NCBI RefSeq assembly: GCF_009914755.1 | Contig: NC_060925.1 | Strand: one strand, 5' to 3' | DNA length: 64,000 bases | DNA from: the human T2T-CHM13v2.0 reference genome, Homo sapiens | In this document: positions 1 to 12,877 of the stretch, one piece after another | How positions within the stretch are numbered: position 1 is the first letter of the stretch | How the letters are laid out: each line of letters opens with the position of its first letter | Position numbers and translations under genes: made by a program | The notes under the pieces: model-generated | Databases searched by the model: none | Told to the model about the DNA's origin: nothing | Seen by the model: the letters and a program-made list of their open reading frames with translations, nothing else

Positions 1-2782
1 GGCCCCAAGTGAGGCTGGGGAGGCCCCAGCTCCGAGACCCTGGGTCCTGCTGCCCCACCCCACACTGCCTGGTTCTTGGAGGAGACAGGAGGGAGAACCC
101 CTTGGGGGACAGGATTCCCTTCCATAGGCATGAGACTGTTGGGGGAGAGGCATGATCCAATTTACGTTTTAGGAAGAATCATCTATTTTCTAGGACTTCT
201 TTCCAGTTTGGGGACAGCCCTGTGGACCCAGCATGTCTGATTAGTAGCGTTGGCAGCAGCATTGCCCCTATGTGCAGGGCCTCCCACACTCCCCATTTTA
301 CAGATGAGGAAACTGAGGCTCCCAGAGGGCACACCAGGGTCACCTGTCAGCAGAGGGCAGAGCCGGACCTGGCCCCAGCAGCCAGACCCCTAACCTTGCC
401 CTTGCAGCCCGTGTGGTGCCCCACCCCGGCCCCTACAGGTCCCTGGACAGGTCCCCACGAGCAGCCCCTGCCCCACCCTCTGCTCCCAGCTCTGTGGGGC
501 AGGTCCCTGTGACCCTCAGGGCCCCCAGGGGAACCAGTGATAAGGAGGTGCTGACACCTCAGAGGGACCTGCCTGTCCCTAGGGGAGAAAGCCTTGGACC
601 GAATGGGGTGTGGGGGGAGCCCAGGCTGTACCTTGGCCCCCATGAGCCTTCCACTGCTGTCTGCCAGTGAATCAAACTGGGACTGGGGGTGGAGAGCTGT
701 CCCTGTCTGCTTTCACTGCTTGGTTTTGTTGACAAAGGAAAATCCCTCAAGAACGCTTTATCACTGGAGTGCTCCGAGGCTGGCGAGCCTCATGGGCGAG
801 AAGCCAGGCAGCTGGGCTTGGGGACCGGCCTCTCCTGGTGCCTCCCTGCCCCCTCTGCCTTCACCCCTCCCAGGCCTGGCCTCACTGCCACTAACTCCCG
901 TTGACAGGGGGAAAGAGAGGCCCACAGGGGAGGGCCGTCCCAGGCTTCTCCTGGACCCAGTGCTGACGCCAAGATGCGGTCGTAGGTGACCTGGACCTTG
1001 GGCCGTGTGGGACTCGGGGCAAGGTGGGGGGCTCAGCTGGGCAGTGAGTTAGTTTTGCTTCCCGGTCTGGTGGGTTTCTGCCACCCCAGGCCAGTGGTCA
1101 CTTCTGGGATTTTCTGAGATTCCAAAAGTTGAAGCCACGGACCCTGGAGACCCGGACCCTGGAGGCCCAGCCCCTGCCTCTGGGTAGAGAAGGCCCTGAG
1201 CGACCTCCAGACCTTCTGTCCCTTTTCCGAGGAGCCTCAGGAAGAGGGGGACAGACAATTCCAGGGTGTCCCGGCTGGAAAGAAAAGCATCTTCTCTGCA
1301 CTCCAGGCGGACAGCGTGAGGCTCAGAGATTACGTGGCGGCCGAGGCTGGTGTCCACAGCCAGGGGTTACGATGGGGCTGCAGAGGCCGTGAGCGGAACA
1401 GGGCATTTTAGGGCAGAAAGACCCTTTTGGAGAAGGTAACAGCACTCCAGGCTTCAGTGAGGCAGAAGTCAGAGCCCATGGGGAAACCGCACAGGGGGAT
1501 TACCTAAAGCCCAGAGCCACCCCAAGGGTTGCAAACCCACCCCTCCCCCAGCCATGCCACTGGAGCGAGGCACCCAGCTCCTTGCACCTGGCGTTGGGGA
1601 GACACCACTCTCTGCAGGGGTCAGAGATTCGGAGGCCAAAATTCTCCTTCCCCCAGGCATTTCAATGAAGATTTACAAAGTTTAGCAAAAACCTAGATTC
1701 TAGCCAACTATTACCTTAAAAGCTGAAGAGGGACCACCCCACCATGTCCACAGCTTACTCCCCTCCCTCCGCTGTCTCCGGCCACCTCCAGCTGCTGCCA
1801 ATTCCAGCCCCCAAGGCTGTCCCAGGAAGCTGTGGCCAGAGACTCCGGGACTGTCCTGTGAGCAGAGGGCACCCACTGACCCTGGGGCACCCTTCCAATC
1901 CCCACAGCTGACAAAGCCGGGCCTCAAAAGGCTGGGTTAATCCTGGCTTCTCCTCAAAGCCACCAGTCAGGGTGGGGGTGAGGATGGTGGGGGCAAGGAT
2001 GGTGGGGGCTTCCTCCCCAGGAGTTAAGGGGCCCTCTCTGCAGTGAGCAGAGCAGGCCTGTTGCCAGCCTGCTGGGCCCCTCGTGGGACAGCTCCAGGGC
2101 CTGGCCCACAGTCCCGCTAGCTAGGTCCTTGCCAGAGGCCGGAGGAGAGGCCAGGCTACTGGCAACGGGCCCTCCAGCTGGCGCTGTCAAAAAGCAAGTT
2201 GCGGGCAGAGGACCCTGCGCTTGGTCCCGGCCCAGGGCAGAGGCTGAGTGTGGTGCTTTGAACACTCTGTGTCTTCAGAGCGGAGGGGCAGCTGCTGGTG
2301 GGCATTCCGGGGCCCTCTGCAAGCCCCAGCTTTTGTCTCTGCGGACCCAGGGCACTGCCCTGCCACCCCCTCTGTCCCCAAGGCCCCAGATGGGGTACCT
2401 GGGTCCTGGAATAAGAGCAGATGGAGTTCCTCGCCCTGCCTGGGCAGCTCATTCCTTCCCGGGCTTGGGCAGAGTGACAGTGATAGTAGCAGCCACAGGG
2501 CACCCGCACGCGGTCTCAGTGAATCAGGACAGCGGCGACCGGGTGGGGACTGGGCCCTGAGCTCCTCACACAGCATCTCGGCAGCAAAGTGGAGGCTGGA
2601 GCTGTCCAGGCTGGGCCACCCAATCCCAGCCAGACACAAGGCAGTCTGTGTGAGTCTCAGTCTCTATTGTCCATGGAGACCCATCCCCAGCAGGACCAGG
2701 GCAGGTGAGGCCCCTGGCTGTTGTTCCCCTTACCCCTAAGGGGCTTAAGTCCAGCCACGGGGTAAGAAGCCCATGTCCCACC

Positions 2783-2897
2783 TGACACCTCTGTAGTACC
2801 GTCTTTCTGGAACCCGGGGTGACGCCTCTGCAGTGCCCAGTCTTCCTGGAACCCAGGGGTGACGCCTCTGCAGTGCCGTCTTCCTGGAACCCAGGGG
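2783..2897 (+). repeat. Three-copy ~38-bp tandem repeat
   Basis: Unit TGACGCCTCTGCAGTGCCGTCTTCCTGGAACCCAGGGG. Confidence 0.9.
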
Positions 2898-5619
2898 TGC
2901 TTAAGGCGGGTCTCTGCCTAGACCCCGACCCCAGGCCCCAGGACCCAAGTCAAGCCCAGCAGTGACAAAGGGCTGGGAGATGGAGCTTGGGGGTCAGACA
3001 GCTATGGTCTGGGTGCTGGTCCACCCCAGCTTAGCAGGCAGGTTTGGGTCACTAAACGGAGTGACAGTGCCTGACCTCCCAGGGCCAAGGTCAGGTGAGG
3101 GCCCCGCGCAGGGCAGGCACCAGTGGGCAGTGGATGTGGCCATGAGGGTGGACCCAGGTGCCCCATTCCCTGGCAGGTGGACAGCACTCACTGTCTCCCC
3201 AGGTCTCCACACCAACAGAGGCAGACACCTTGGGCAAACGCTGCCTCGCAGCCTCCCCCAACACTAGGCCCCTCTTATCTCCTCTGCCTGTGGCCCTCGT
3301 CTCCTACTGGACCCCTGGGCCTTCACTATGCACTGGAGACAAAGCCACCAAGTCTATCCTGGGCTCAGCACATACCTGCTTCCCTCCCCTACCCCGATCA
3401 TAGCCCAGGATGGAGATCCCTAGAGGCAGCCGTGCATGGGACGAGGATCGAGCAGGCTCCAGCTCCTGTGGTCTGGGTGCACTCAGTGTCTCCCAGGGAG
3501 CCGCGCTTCCAGGCCGTTGAGAGTCCCCCGTGTGGCTCCTGCTCACCTGTTTAGGACATGGCTCAAGGTCGTGGTGGGGCAGACTGCCCAGCTCCTCAGG
3601 GTTCCCACTTGCCCCTGGCCTGCCCTCCCCAGTGAGCAGTTTCTTGTCCACAGCCTCTGGGGCTCTAGCAGGCCTCCGTCAGGGCTGAGGATCGCTTGGC
3701 ATCTGCAGAGGATGTTTCTGCCTCTGGTTCATCCTCCATAGAGCTCCTGGCCTGGGAGCCCCGGCTGGCCAGCATGGGGGTGCCAGCAGACACATCTGTC
3801 TCCTGCAGCCCCCCCAGCCAGGAGCTCTTTCACAGCAGCCTCTTTTCTTGGGCAGCGCTGGGCCTGGCACTGGCTGTGGCCTCACAGGCATTCTGAAGCT
3901 CGCTTGGGCCTCTCATCTGCCTGGCCCATGGGCTGTGGATGTCCTGGTGAGTGAGCCGTCACTGCCTCGACCATGGGAGCCCCAGCTTAACACCAAGGTG
4001 TTCTGAAACAGGGGCGATTGCCACATGTGTCCTTTCCCCCTCCCCAGGCTAGTGGCTTCCCTGGGGCAGGGAGGGACCAGCCCTGTGACATCCTGCCAGG
4101 CCTCCCTGACATCTGTCAGAGCCCAGCCTGTGCTCCCAGCAGCTCTCTGAGGGCGACAGTGACTGTGCACCAGTGAAGGCCACAGCCTCCCACGAAGGGG
4201 GCTGTCACCAAGGGGGCCCTGTGGCTGCCACCTGAGGATACCCTTCCTCTCTCAGAAGGAGAAAGGGACCCAGGAGGACCCTAATCCACAGGCTGTTGAC
4301 CCTGGCTCAGGCATGTGTTTTAGGGGGTCCATCTGTGAACCCATGAATTTAATGGAAAGGGTTCTGTGGCTCAGCCCCAGGAGCTTTTCTAGGGAGAGGA
4401 AGGGTCCAGGGCCTTGGCAGAGGGTGGGCTCAAAGAGGCCCGTAACCCCAGAGAGGAGAGAGATGCACCCCTAAACACACAGACGCACACACAAGCAAGG
4501 AAACTGGATAAAAGTGAGCAATAAAAAAAATCGTTTAAAAAATAAAAGCCCCCACTGCAGGCCCCATCTTCCAGAATCTGTTGCAACAGATTCACCCACG
4601 CTGGTTAACGGTATTTGCGGTTTGCAAGATGCTACACGTCCCAGGAAAATGACAGACAAGTTATTATCACCTCTCCGCTGTCCTCCTGCCCAAACCTGCC
4701 CGTGCCGGGCACCCAGCTGCCGGGGAGCGAGGAGCGGGCACAAGGAAATTAGCAGCCCCCCGCTGCACCCTCCCCTCACCCACCCCCGCACCAGCCCTGC
4801 CAGGCCCAGGGCTCCCAGCCAGGCCGGGCCCATGTTGTACTGGGGCGGGGGAGGAGGGGAAGGAGAGGAGGGTCGGAGAGGAGCCGGCAGCGTGGGGAGG
4901 GATGGGCACAGTGGCGTTTGGGCAAACCCTTTCCTGCAAGCAGGACGGTGCACGCACCCTGGGCAGGCAAGTCCAGGCGGCTCCGTGTCAACAGCCGAAG
5001 ATAAATACGATTTTATCAGCTCGGAATCTGTTGAAACACATCCATCTAGCGGTTCTAGGGAAGGAGAAGGCAGGAGGGGGGCGGCGGAGGGGAAGTGTCT
5101 CCACGTGACCTTTCCTATAGAATAGGCTCCACCGGAGTCCTCCTCCTCCTGCCCGTTTTCCACAGGGCCAAGCCCAGGCCTGAAGCCTAGAGGCCTGCTG
5201 GGGAGACAGGAGGAAGGAGCTGGGGGAGCGCTGGAGCCGTCCTGGGCTCAGCCACCCTCTAGAAGGACCTGGATCTCTCAGGGCTCCCTTCCCTCCTGTG
5301 GCCACCTGTGTCACCCACCCCCAGATGCTGCCAGGGCAGGGGACATCACAGACATCCTCCCCGAGGCCACCCAGCTCCGGCCCGGCTGGGCACCTGGGGT
5401 CCAGTTAGTGCCAGGGTGAGGTCTGCCAGGCATGTATGCCCCAAAGGCCATGTGAGCACTGCACTGGGGACACCTGTGGGGAGGAGAGCCAGGCCCAGGA
5501 CCTTGGTGGCCTTACTGGCCAGAGGGGAGGAGAAGTGCTCACATCGCCTGAGGACAGGGGCCTCCTTGCTCTCCACCCTGAGGCCTGGGCCTCCCTCCGC
5601 CACTGGCCCAGGTCGAAGA

Positions 5620-6070
5620 CCTGCCCGTTCTAGGCCGCTCCACACTCCAGTCCGAGCCCCCACTTCCCGGGGTGGGTGGTCCGGCCGCCGCCTGCACCGA
5701 GTACCAGGGACAGCTCCCGGCGCGCCCAAGCTCCTCCCCGGGGCGGGGCGGGGCGGGGCATCCACAGTGCTCCCCGCGCCTGGGCCCCCAGGACCTCTTG
5801 CAGACGGGAGTCCCTCAGACAGTGCAGAGACGGGAGCACGCACTGGGCCCTGCACCCACTTCGTAGCGCCCTGGCCTGGGACGCCCCACCACGCAGCTTC
5901 CAGAGCAAGGATCGCCACTTCACCCTGCCCGGAGACCCAGAGGGAGTGGGGCGGGCTCAGCAGGGCGCTGCTGAGAGGCCGCTGCCTAGGTCTGCGAAAT
6001 GGGAGCACTGCTGACCCTGAGGCCCAGGCGGGCGGGAGCTCAGGCTCCGCAGAGGACTATGGCCGGGGGT
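5620..6070. promoter_or_regulatory. Small intragenic CpG-rich region with stacked GC boxes, TP73 intron 4
   Basis: (GGGGC)x4 at ~5740-5759; locally high CpG. Confidence 0.5.
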
Positions 6071-7416
6071 GCTGGGGCAGGGGCCTAGGGGAGGGGCTGC
6101 AGGGGCCAGGCAGGAGCTGTGAAACCCCTCACGCTGTTGAGACTCCATGGGGCTGTCAGGGAGCGACGGCTGCCGGGGCCTCTGCCCGCAGGCTTGGTTG
6201 CACCCAGAGCCTTACTCCATCTGTGTCCAACTGGCTGAGGAGCCCAGGCGGCCTCCCCTCCCCCTGAGTGTCTGGGGCTCCTTGGTGGATCTAATGACCC
6301 CCATCTCAGGCCATGGGCTGTGGCACTAGGGTGGAAGAAGCCTCGGGGGACTCAGCCCCGGAAAGGGAACTGTAGGGAAGCGGGGCCTGTGTGGCTCCAG
6401 CCCCCCGCAACCAACACCTCCTCACCTGGTGCTGAGAATAACGAGGGCGCAGTAGCCACTAACACCTGCAGGCCACTGTGTTCCCAGGGGACACGCAGTG
6501 AGTCAGAGATGCAGGTGGAGAGGCTTGTGCAGTGGCTAGAGGCATCCCAGCTGACGAGCACAAAGCCAAAACTGCCACCCACATGGCCGGACCTCAGAGG
6601 CCCTTCTCCTTTTGCCGCCCCTGAGACTCTGACCTGAGCCACCCCGGCCGGGGTCTGTTTCAAGGGGGGTCTGCCGCGCCCTCCCTGCTCTGTGGTTTCC
6701 CTAGGGAGCGGCTAGGATGGATGGCATTTGTTGAGTACCACCTGTGTACCTCCATCTGCTACACGTTACTGAGGAGAGACGAGGGGGACAGAGCCAGGTG
6801 CCTGAATTCCAGGGGGCCTGTGTGCTCTGCACACAAGAGGTGCTCCATAAATGCTCAGCAATGGGCAGCTCGCCCTGCAGGCTGCCCTGGCCTCGGAGAA
6901 GCCTGGCGACACGGCTGCCGGCCCTGTGTTCCTCTCCCCTGCTCGGGGCACTGGCAGACAAGAGCCTGCCACCACCTGGCCCCTCCTCCTTCTGTCCCCA
7001 ACCAGCACAGATGGAGACCAGGCGTGGTGTGTAGCTTCAGGCAGGGCCTTTGTCCAAGAGACCAGTGCCTGGACACAGGCCACTGCAAGTTTGGGCCAAG
7101 AGCCCTCCCTGTCTGAGTCTCCTGAGGGTCCGAGTCCCAGAGGGTCTGTGCTGCGAGCTGTTCCCATGTGCCCTGGGGGCAGGGCTACCTGCTTATCCTT
7201 CCAAGTGATGCTGTGGGGAGCAAAGGGGGCATTTGTAATGGTGGGGACACTGTACATCAGTGGTCACCTCCAGGGAAGCCAGACTGACCCCACAACAAGG
7301 AGACTGCTGTACTTCCCGCTGTGCCCAAGCCTGCAGCTCCGACAGTCCAGGGCAGGCGCCCGCACAGGGGTGGGCTGCTAGCTCTGCAAGGCTGTTTCTG
7401 CTTTTCTTTTTTTCTC

Positions 7417-7746
<330 letters not shown>

Positions 7747-9550
7747 GTTTCCTGCTTTTCTAAACAGCGCCCAGCCTCCCCTGCAGGGCTGTGCATGATG
7801 GTTCCTTCCTGTGTTTTAAACAGGACTGGGGATGGGCGGCTTCCTGCCTAAGGCCCTGTGCCCAAGGTGGGGGTCGCAGGCAGGGGCAGTGGAGCCACTC
7901 TGGCTCCAGGGGCTCCAGGTGGACGGAGGACCTAGGAGGGGCCAGCTCTTTGGTATCCAATTCCCATCCTGAGGAGGCCACTGAAGGACCCCCTTCCACT
8001 TGTCCCTCCAGCCCCCTCACACCCATGGCAGGGACAGACCAGCGTTCCTGGCTGGGTCTCATTCGGGGAGCCCAAGTAGCTCACCAGAGAGGGGACCGCT
8101 CCCACTGCACAGGAACAAGGGCACTCAGGGTGCCGGGGACCCAGGCCCCACCCACCATGGCTCGCAGCCTCCGTCAGCTCCATCTCCCCTGTCTCTTTCC
8201 TTTTTCCTTCCTCGCTTTTCGTGTGCCTGCACCTGCCAAGGACCTATGTGGCTCCTGAGAGCCCCTCATGTCCCTTGATGGCCAGAGAGGCAGTACTGGT
8301 GGCCAGTGGGGGTCAGGGGGTCAGGGCCCCCTAACTTCCTTGGCAAAGGGAAGACTCCACCTGCAGCTTCCCTGGTTCTGCCAGTAGCTCCCTGTCTCTG
8401 ACCTCAGTTTCCCCAACTGTTCCATGGTGGAGTGCGATGGGACATTCTCCAGGGCACTTGCGGCTGCAGTGACTTGTGATTCTGAGTCATCGGGGGCTGG
8501 TGAGGGGCACAGAGGGCATGGGGTGGCAGCAGAAGTCATTCTCTGAGCCTGAGACTGGGGATCATTCCTGATGGCCCTGTGGGGAGAGAGCATGAGGACT
8601 CCCAGCAGGTGACCAGGAGCCAGACGCTTGGGAAATCAGCCAGCTTGGAAGTGAGTGGACGCCCCTGCAGCGGCCTCAGCGGGGTCACTTTTAGAACTCA
8701 TGAGAGCCGGCCTGGGTCCTCAGATGGGCAGCCGGGCCCTGTGAGGCAAAGAAGCTGGAGGCCTCTGCAGGGGCTGGCTCAGGAAGGGTGTCATCCAGTC
8801 CTCCTGCAGCAGGGCCCACGCCAGCTCCAGACAGACCTATTAGCTCCTCGAGTCCCAAGCTGGGGATACTGGGGCTGTGAGCCCAGAGGGGCCCCCAGAG
8901 TGGCCAAGACCAAGCCACACAGCTCGGCTGCTCAGACTTGGTGGCCCCAGCAGGAGAGGGTGTCAGAGTCACCAGGGCTGCTGAGGCCATGAGAGGCCTT
9001 CACACCAACCCAGAGAGCTCTCTATGGAAGCTTGAATGCATAGTGGGCAACCAGCCCATCACACATTAACCACTTGCTCTGTGCAAATGCCAGAGAAGCC
9101 TAGCTCTGGTCTTAAAAACAGATTCAATGCTGCAAACCCACCTCTTCAAAATGCCGCAGTCAGGGACATGGCTTCCACAGGCCTGGCTCCCAGCCCCCGT
9201 TCCCGCCCTCACTCTCCAGCAGCCCCTTCTTGCTCTCCTGGCCTTTCTTGTCCCCATCCATAAACCTAAAGCCTCTCTGCCTGACTGCCACCGGCACTCA
9301 CACCCCTGCTGTCATGGAGCCCAAATGACCCGATGGCTGTGGAGTGGGTGCCAGGGCAGCTGTGCCTGGATTCACGCCTCAAAGGACAGACACCTGGAGG
9401 GATTCAGCAGAGGGGCTGCTTGGGGCAGTCTTCATCTGGGGGTTGTGGAAGGGGCACCCATGGGGAGGACGTGGCTCCCAATGGGGGGTGGCCTGGACAG
9501 GGGTGCAGTTGGGACCACTGGTCTCACCCGCTCCCTCTCCCCCACTCCAG

Positions 9551-9737
9551 TACTCCCCGCTCTTGAAGAAACTCTACTGCCAGATCGCCAAGACATGCCC
9601 CATCCAGATCAAGGTGTCCACCCCGCCACCCCCAGGCACTGCCATCCGGGCCATGCCTGTTTACAAGAAAGCGGAGCACGTGACCGACGTCGTGAAACGC
9701 TGCCCCAACCACGAGCTCGGGAGGGACTTCAACGAAG
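9551..9737 (+). CDS. TP73: Tumor protein p73 exon 5 (DNA-binding domain); upstream exons lie outside the window
   Basis: cag|TAC...GAAG|gtgagg, 187 bp; encodes [17 protein letters not shown]...[13 protein letters not shown], a p53-family DBD with zinc ligands C/H. Confidence 0.99.
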
Positions 9738-10180
9738 GTGAGGGCCCCCAGCTCCTCTGCCCACGGTGGCACTTTGCCCAGCATCCCGGACAGCACAGCT
9801 GGGGGCTGCCTAACTGGGAGAGAGTGGGGCTGACAGCATGGGCTTAGCCATTCCCCTGCGGAGGGCTTTCAGTGCCTCCACCAGCCCCCATTTTCCCAGT
9901 TCTGAGTGGGACCTGGGGGGGCCCATGCTCCTGGGCAGGGGCAAGTGGTCTGGGCAGAGTCTGAGGGGCAGCGGCCTTCTGGGGCCCCAGAGATCCTATG
10001 AGTCATAGCCCCTCTCTCCAGTGTGCCTGGCAGGGCCTACGGGCTACCCCAAGGATTAGCAGGAGAATCAGGGGGCAGAGCCACTGGGCAGGCACCCCCA
10101 GAGCACAAGGGCTGCCAGCTGGCCTGAGCCTCACCTGGAAGCCCACAGGACTGGGCCTGGTGGTCTCAGTTCTGCTGCGA

Positions 10181-10861
10181 TGCACCTGGCACAGCTGGGC
10201 GCCTCTCTGCACCTGGCACAGGGGTGGGCACCTCTCTGCACCTGGCACAGGGCTGGGCACCTCTCTTCACCTGGCATGGGGCTGGGCACCTTTCTTCACC
10301 TGGCATGGGACTGGGCACCTCTCTGCATGTGACACAGAGGTGGGCACCTGGCATGGGGCCGGGCACCTCTCTGCACCTGGCATGGGGCTGGGCACCTCTT
10401 TGCACCTGGCACAGGGTGGGCACCTCTGCACCTAGCACAGGAGTGGGCACCTCTCTGCACCTGGCATGGGGCTGGACACCTCTCTGTGCCTGGCACAGGG
10501 CTGGGCACCTCTGCATCTGGCATGGGGCTGGGCATCTCTGCACCTGACACCGGGGTGGGCACCTCTCTGCACCTGGCATGCAGCTGGGCACCTCTCTGCA
10601 CCTGGCACCGGGCTGGGCACCTCTGCACCTAACAGGGGTGGGCACCTTTGCAGGTGGCACAGAGCTGGGCACCTCTCTGTGCCTGGCACGGGGCCAGCAC
10701 CTCTCTGCACCTGACATGGGGCTGGGCACTTCTTTGAACCTGGCACGGGGCTGGGTACCTCTCTGCACCTGACATGGGGCTGGGCACCCTTTGAACCCGG
10801 CACAGGGCTGGGCACCTCTCTGCACCTAGCACAGGGGTGGGCACCTCTATGCACCTCTCTG
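10181..10861 (+). repeat. ~28-bp minisatellite (~24 copies) in TP73 intron 5
   Basis: Unit GGGCACCTCTCTGCACCTGGCAYRGGGCT. Confidence 0.95.
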
Positions 10862-10883
10862 AAGTGTCGACCCCTCCCGGCAG

Positions 10884-10999
10884 GACAGTCTGCTCCAGCC
10901 AGCCACCTCATCCGCGTGGAAGGCAATAATCTCTCGCAGTATGTGGATGACCCTGTCACCGGCAGGCAGAGCGTCGTGGTGCCCTATGAGCCACCACAG
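10884..10999 (+). CDS. TP73: p73 exon 6 (DBD)
   Basis: cag|GA...CAG|gtagg, 116 bp; [38 protein letters not shown]. Confidence 0.99.
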
Positions 11000-12110
11000 G
11001 TAGGCCAGGAGCCAGGCTGTGCCCAGGGCCCTGCAGTCAGCTGTACGGGTGGGGGGAGGGGTCCCCTGAGGCAGCCCCTGTCCCTCCTCAGTTGGCTGAT
11101 CTGCCTGTCCTGTCGGCATCTGTCCAGGGCTCCCTGCTCTGTGATAAGTCTGTGTCGGCGGCTCCTTCCTCACCCACACCCGCCCCACTGTGCACACTGC
11201 TGCTCTGTCCCCACATCCGCCTCGGGCACTCTCGGGGCCTCAGTGTGCCCAGCTCCATAGTGGGGAGTGGGTCTTCAGCCTTGCCCTCTGTTGGTGCCCA
11301 ACACTGGTTCCGGCCTGGGGCTCCCAGACACAGGGATTTGGGAGATGGGGAGGTCCCCGCCCATTTAGACCCTGGATTGGCTGGGGCAGAACCAAACCAG
11401 CAACAGCGCCTGAAGGGGTGGCAAATTCTACAAAGGGGGTTGAGGGATGGTGGAAAGACTCCTAGGCCAGGCCAGGGGCCCAGGAGAGGTGGCCTGCAGG
11501 AGGCTGAGGCTGGTCAGCAGGGTGGAGAGCCGGGAGGCCCCGCTGGGCACCACGTGGGTGGGGGGTGCAGGGGACTGGGGGGCATATAGGCTGGAGGGGA
11601 GGGGACACGGAGAGGCTGGGGGCTTTGACTTTTGGCCCAAAGGCAGCATAAAGTTTCTGGGACACAATTCTGGAGCTGATGTGGGGCCCAACTGGTGTGA
11701 AAGGCTGGGGTAGGGGGAAACAGAGGGTTTGAAGTTACTGCGGGATGGTGGGGCAGGGGCAGAACAGGAGGTGAGGAGTGGGTACCAGGCCCCCAGGGGA
11801 AGGCAGGCAATGGCAGGCCTCTGCCTTCCCTGTACCTGGTTCTGAGACCAGGCTCCATGCTGTACCCAGCCCCAGCCTCCCCCACCAGGTCCCCATCCCT
11901 GTACCAGACCCCCAGGACACCCCAGACTCCTGTACCCAGTCTCCAGGTCCTCCACAAGCCTCTACCCTGTACCCAGGCCCCCTTCGACATCCCCATCCCA
12001 CCATCCTCTAAGAGCAGCCCCTTATGTCAGCAGAACCAGGGCCCGGGAGGGCTCCCTGAAACCCATGTCCCACCCTCACCTGCCTCGGCCTGCCAGGAAG
12101 GCAGAGCTCT

Positions 12111-12129
12111 ATCGCCCCCTGGTGGCTGC
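12111..12129 (-). promoter_or_regulatory. CTCF motif
   Basis: Minus strand reads GCAGCCACCAGGGGGCGAT, matching the core CCACCAGGGGGCG. Confidence 0.65.
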
Positions 12130-12262
12130 CGTGTGACAGCAGTTCTGAGAAAGGCCAAGATTTTCCCAAACCCCTAATAGCTTTTGTATTTGTCCCCAGG
12201 GTGACATGAAAACTGCCCACATTGTGGTCTGGGGACACTCATTGATCAACGGTTTTGGTTCA

Positions 12263-12871
<609 letters not shown>

Positions 12872-12877
12872 TCATGA

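Noticed and set aside
5308-6267. 319-aa ORF here, and similar long ORFs at 4471-5163 and 59330-60950
   Set aside because: GC-rich sequence with few stops, open on both strands, no recognisable domains.
10166-10959. Multiple overlapping Cys/Gly-rich ORFs
   Set aside because: Products of the 28-bp minisatellite.
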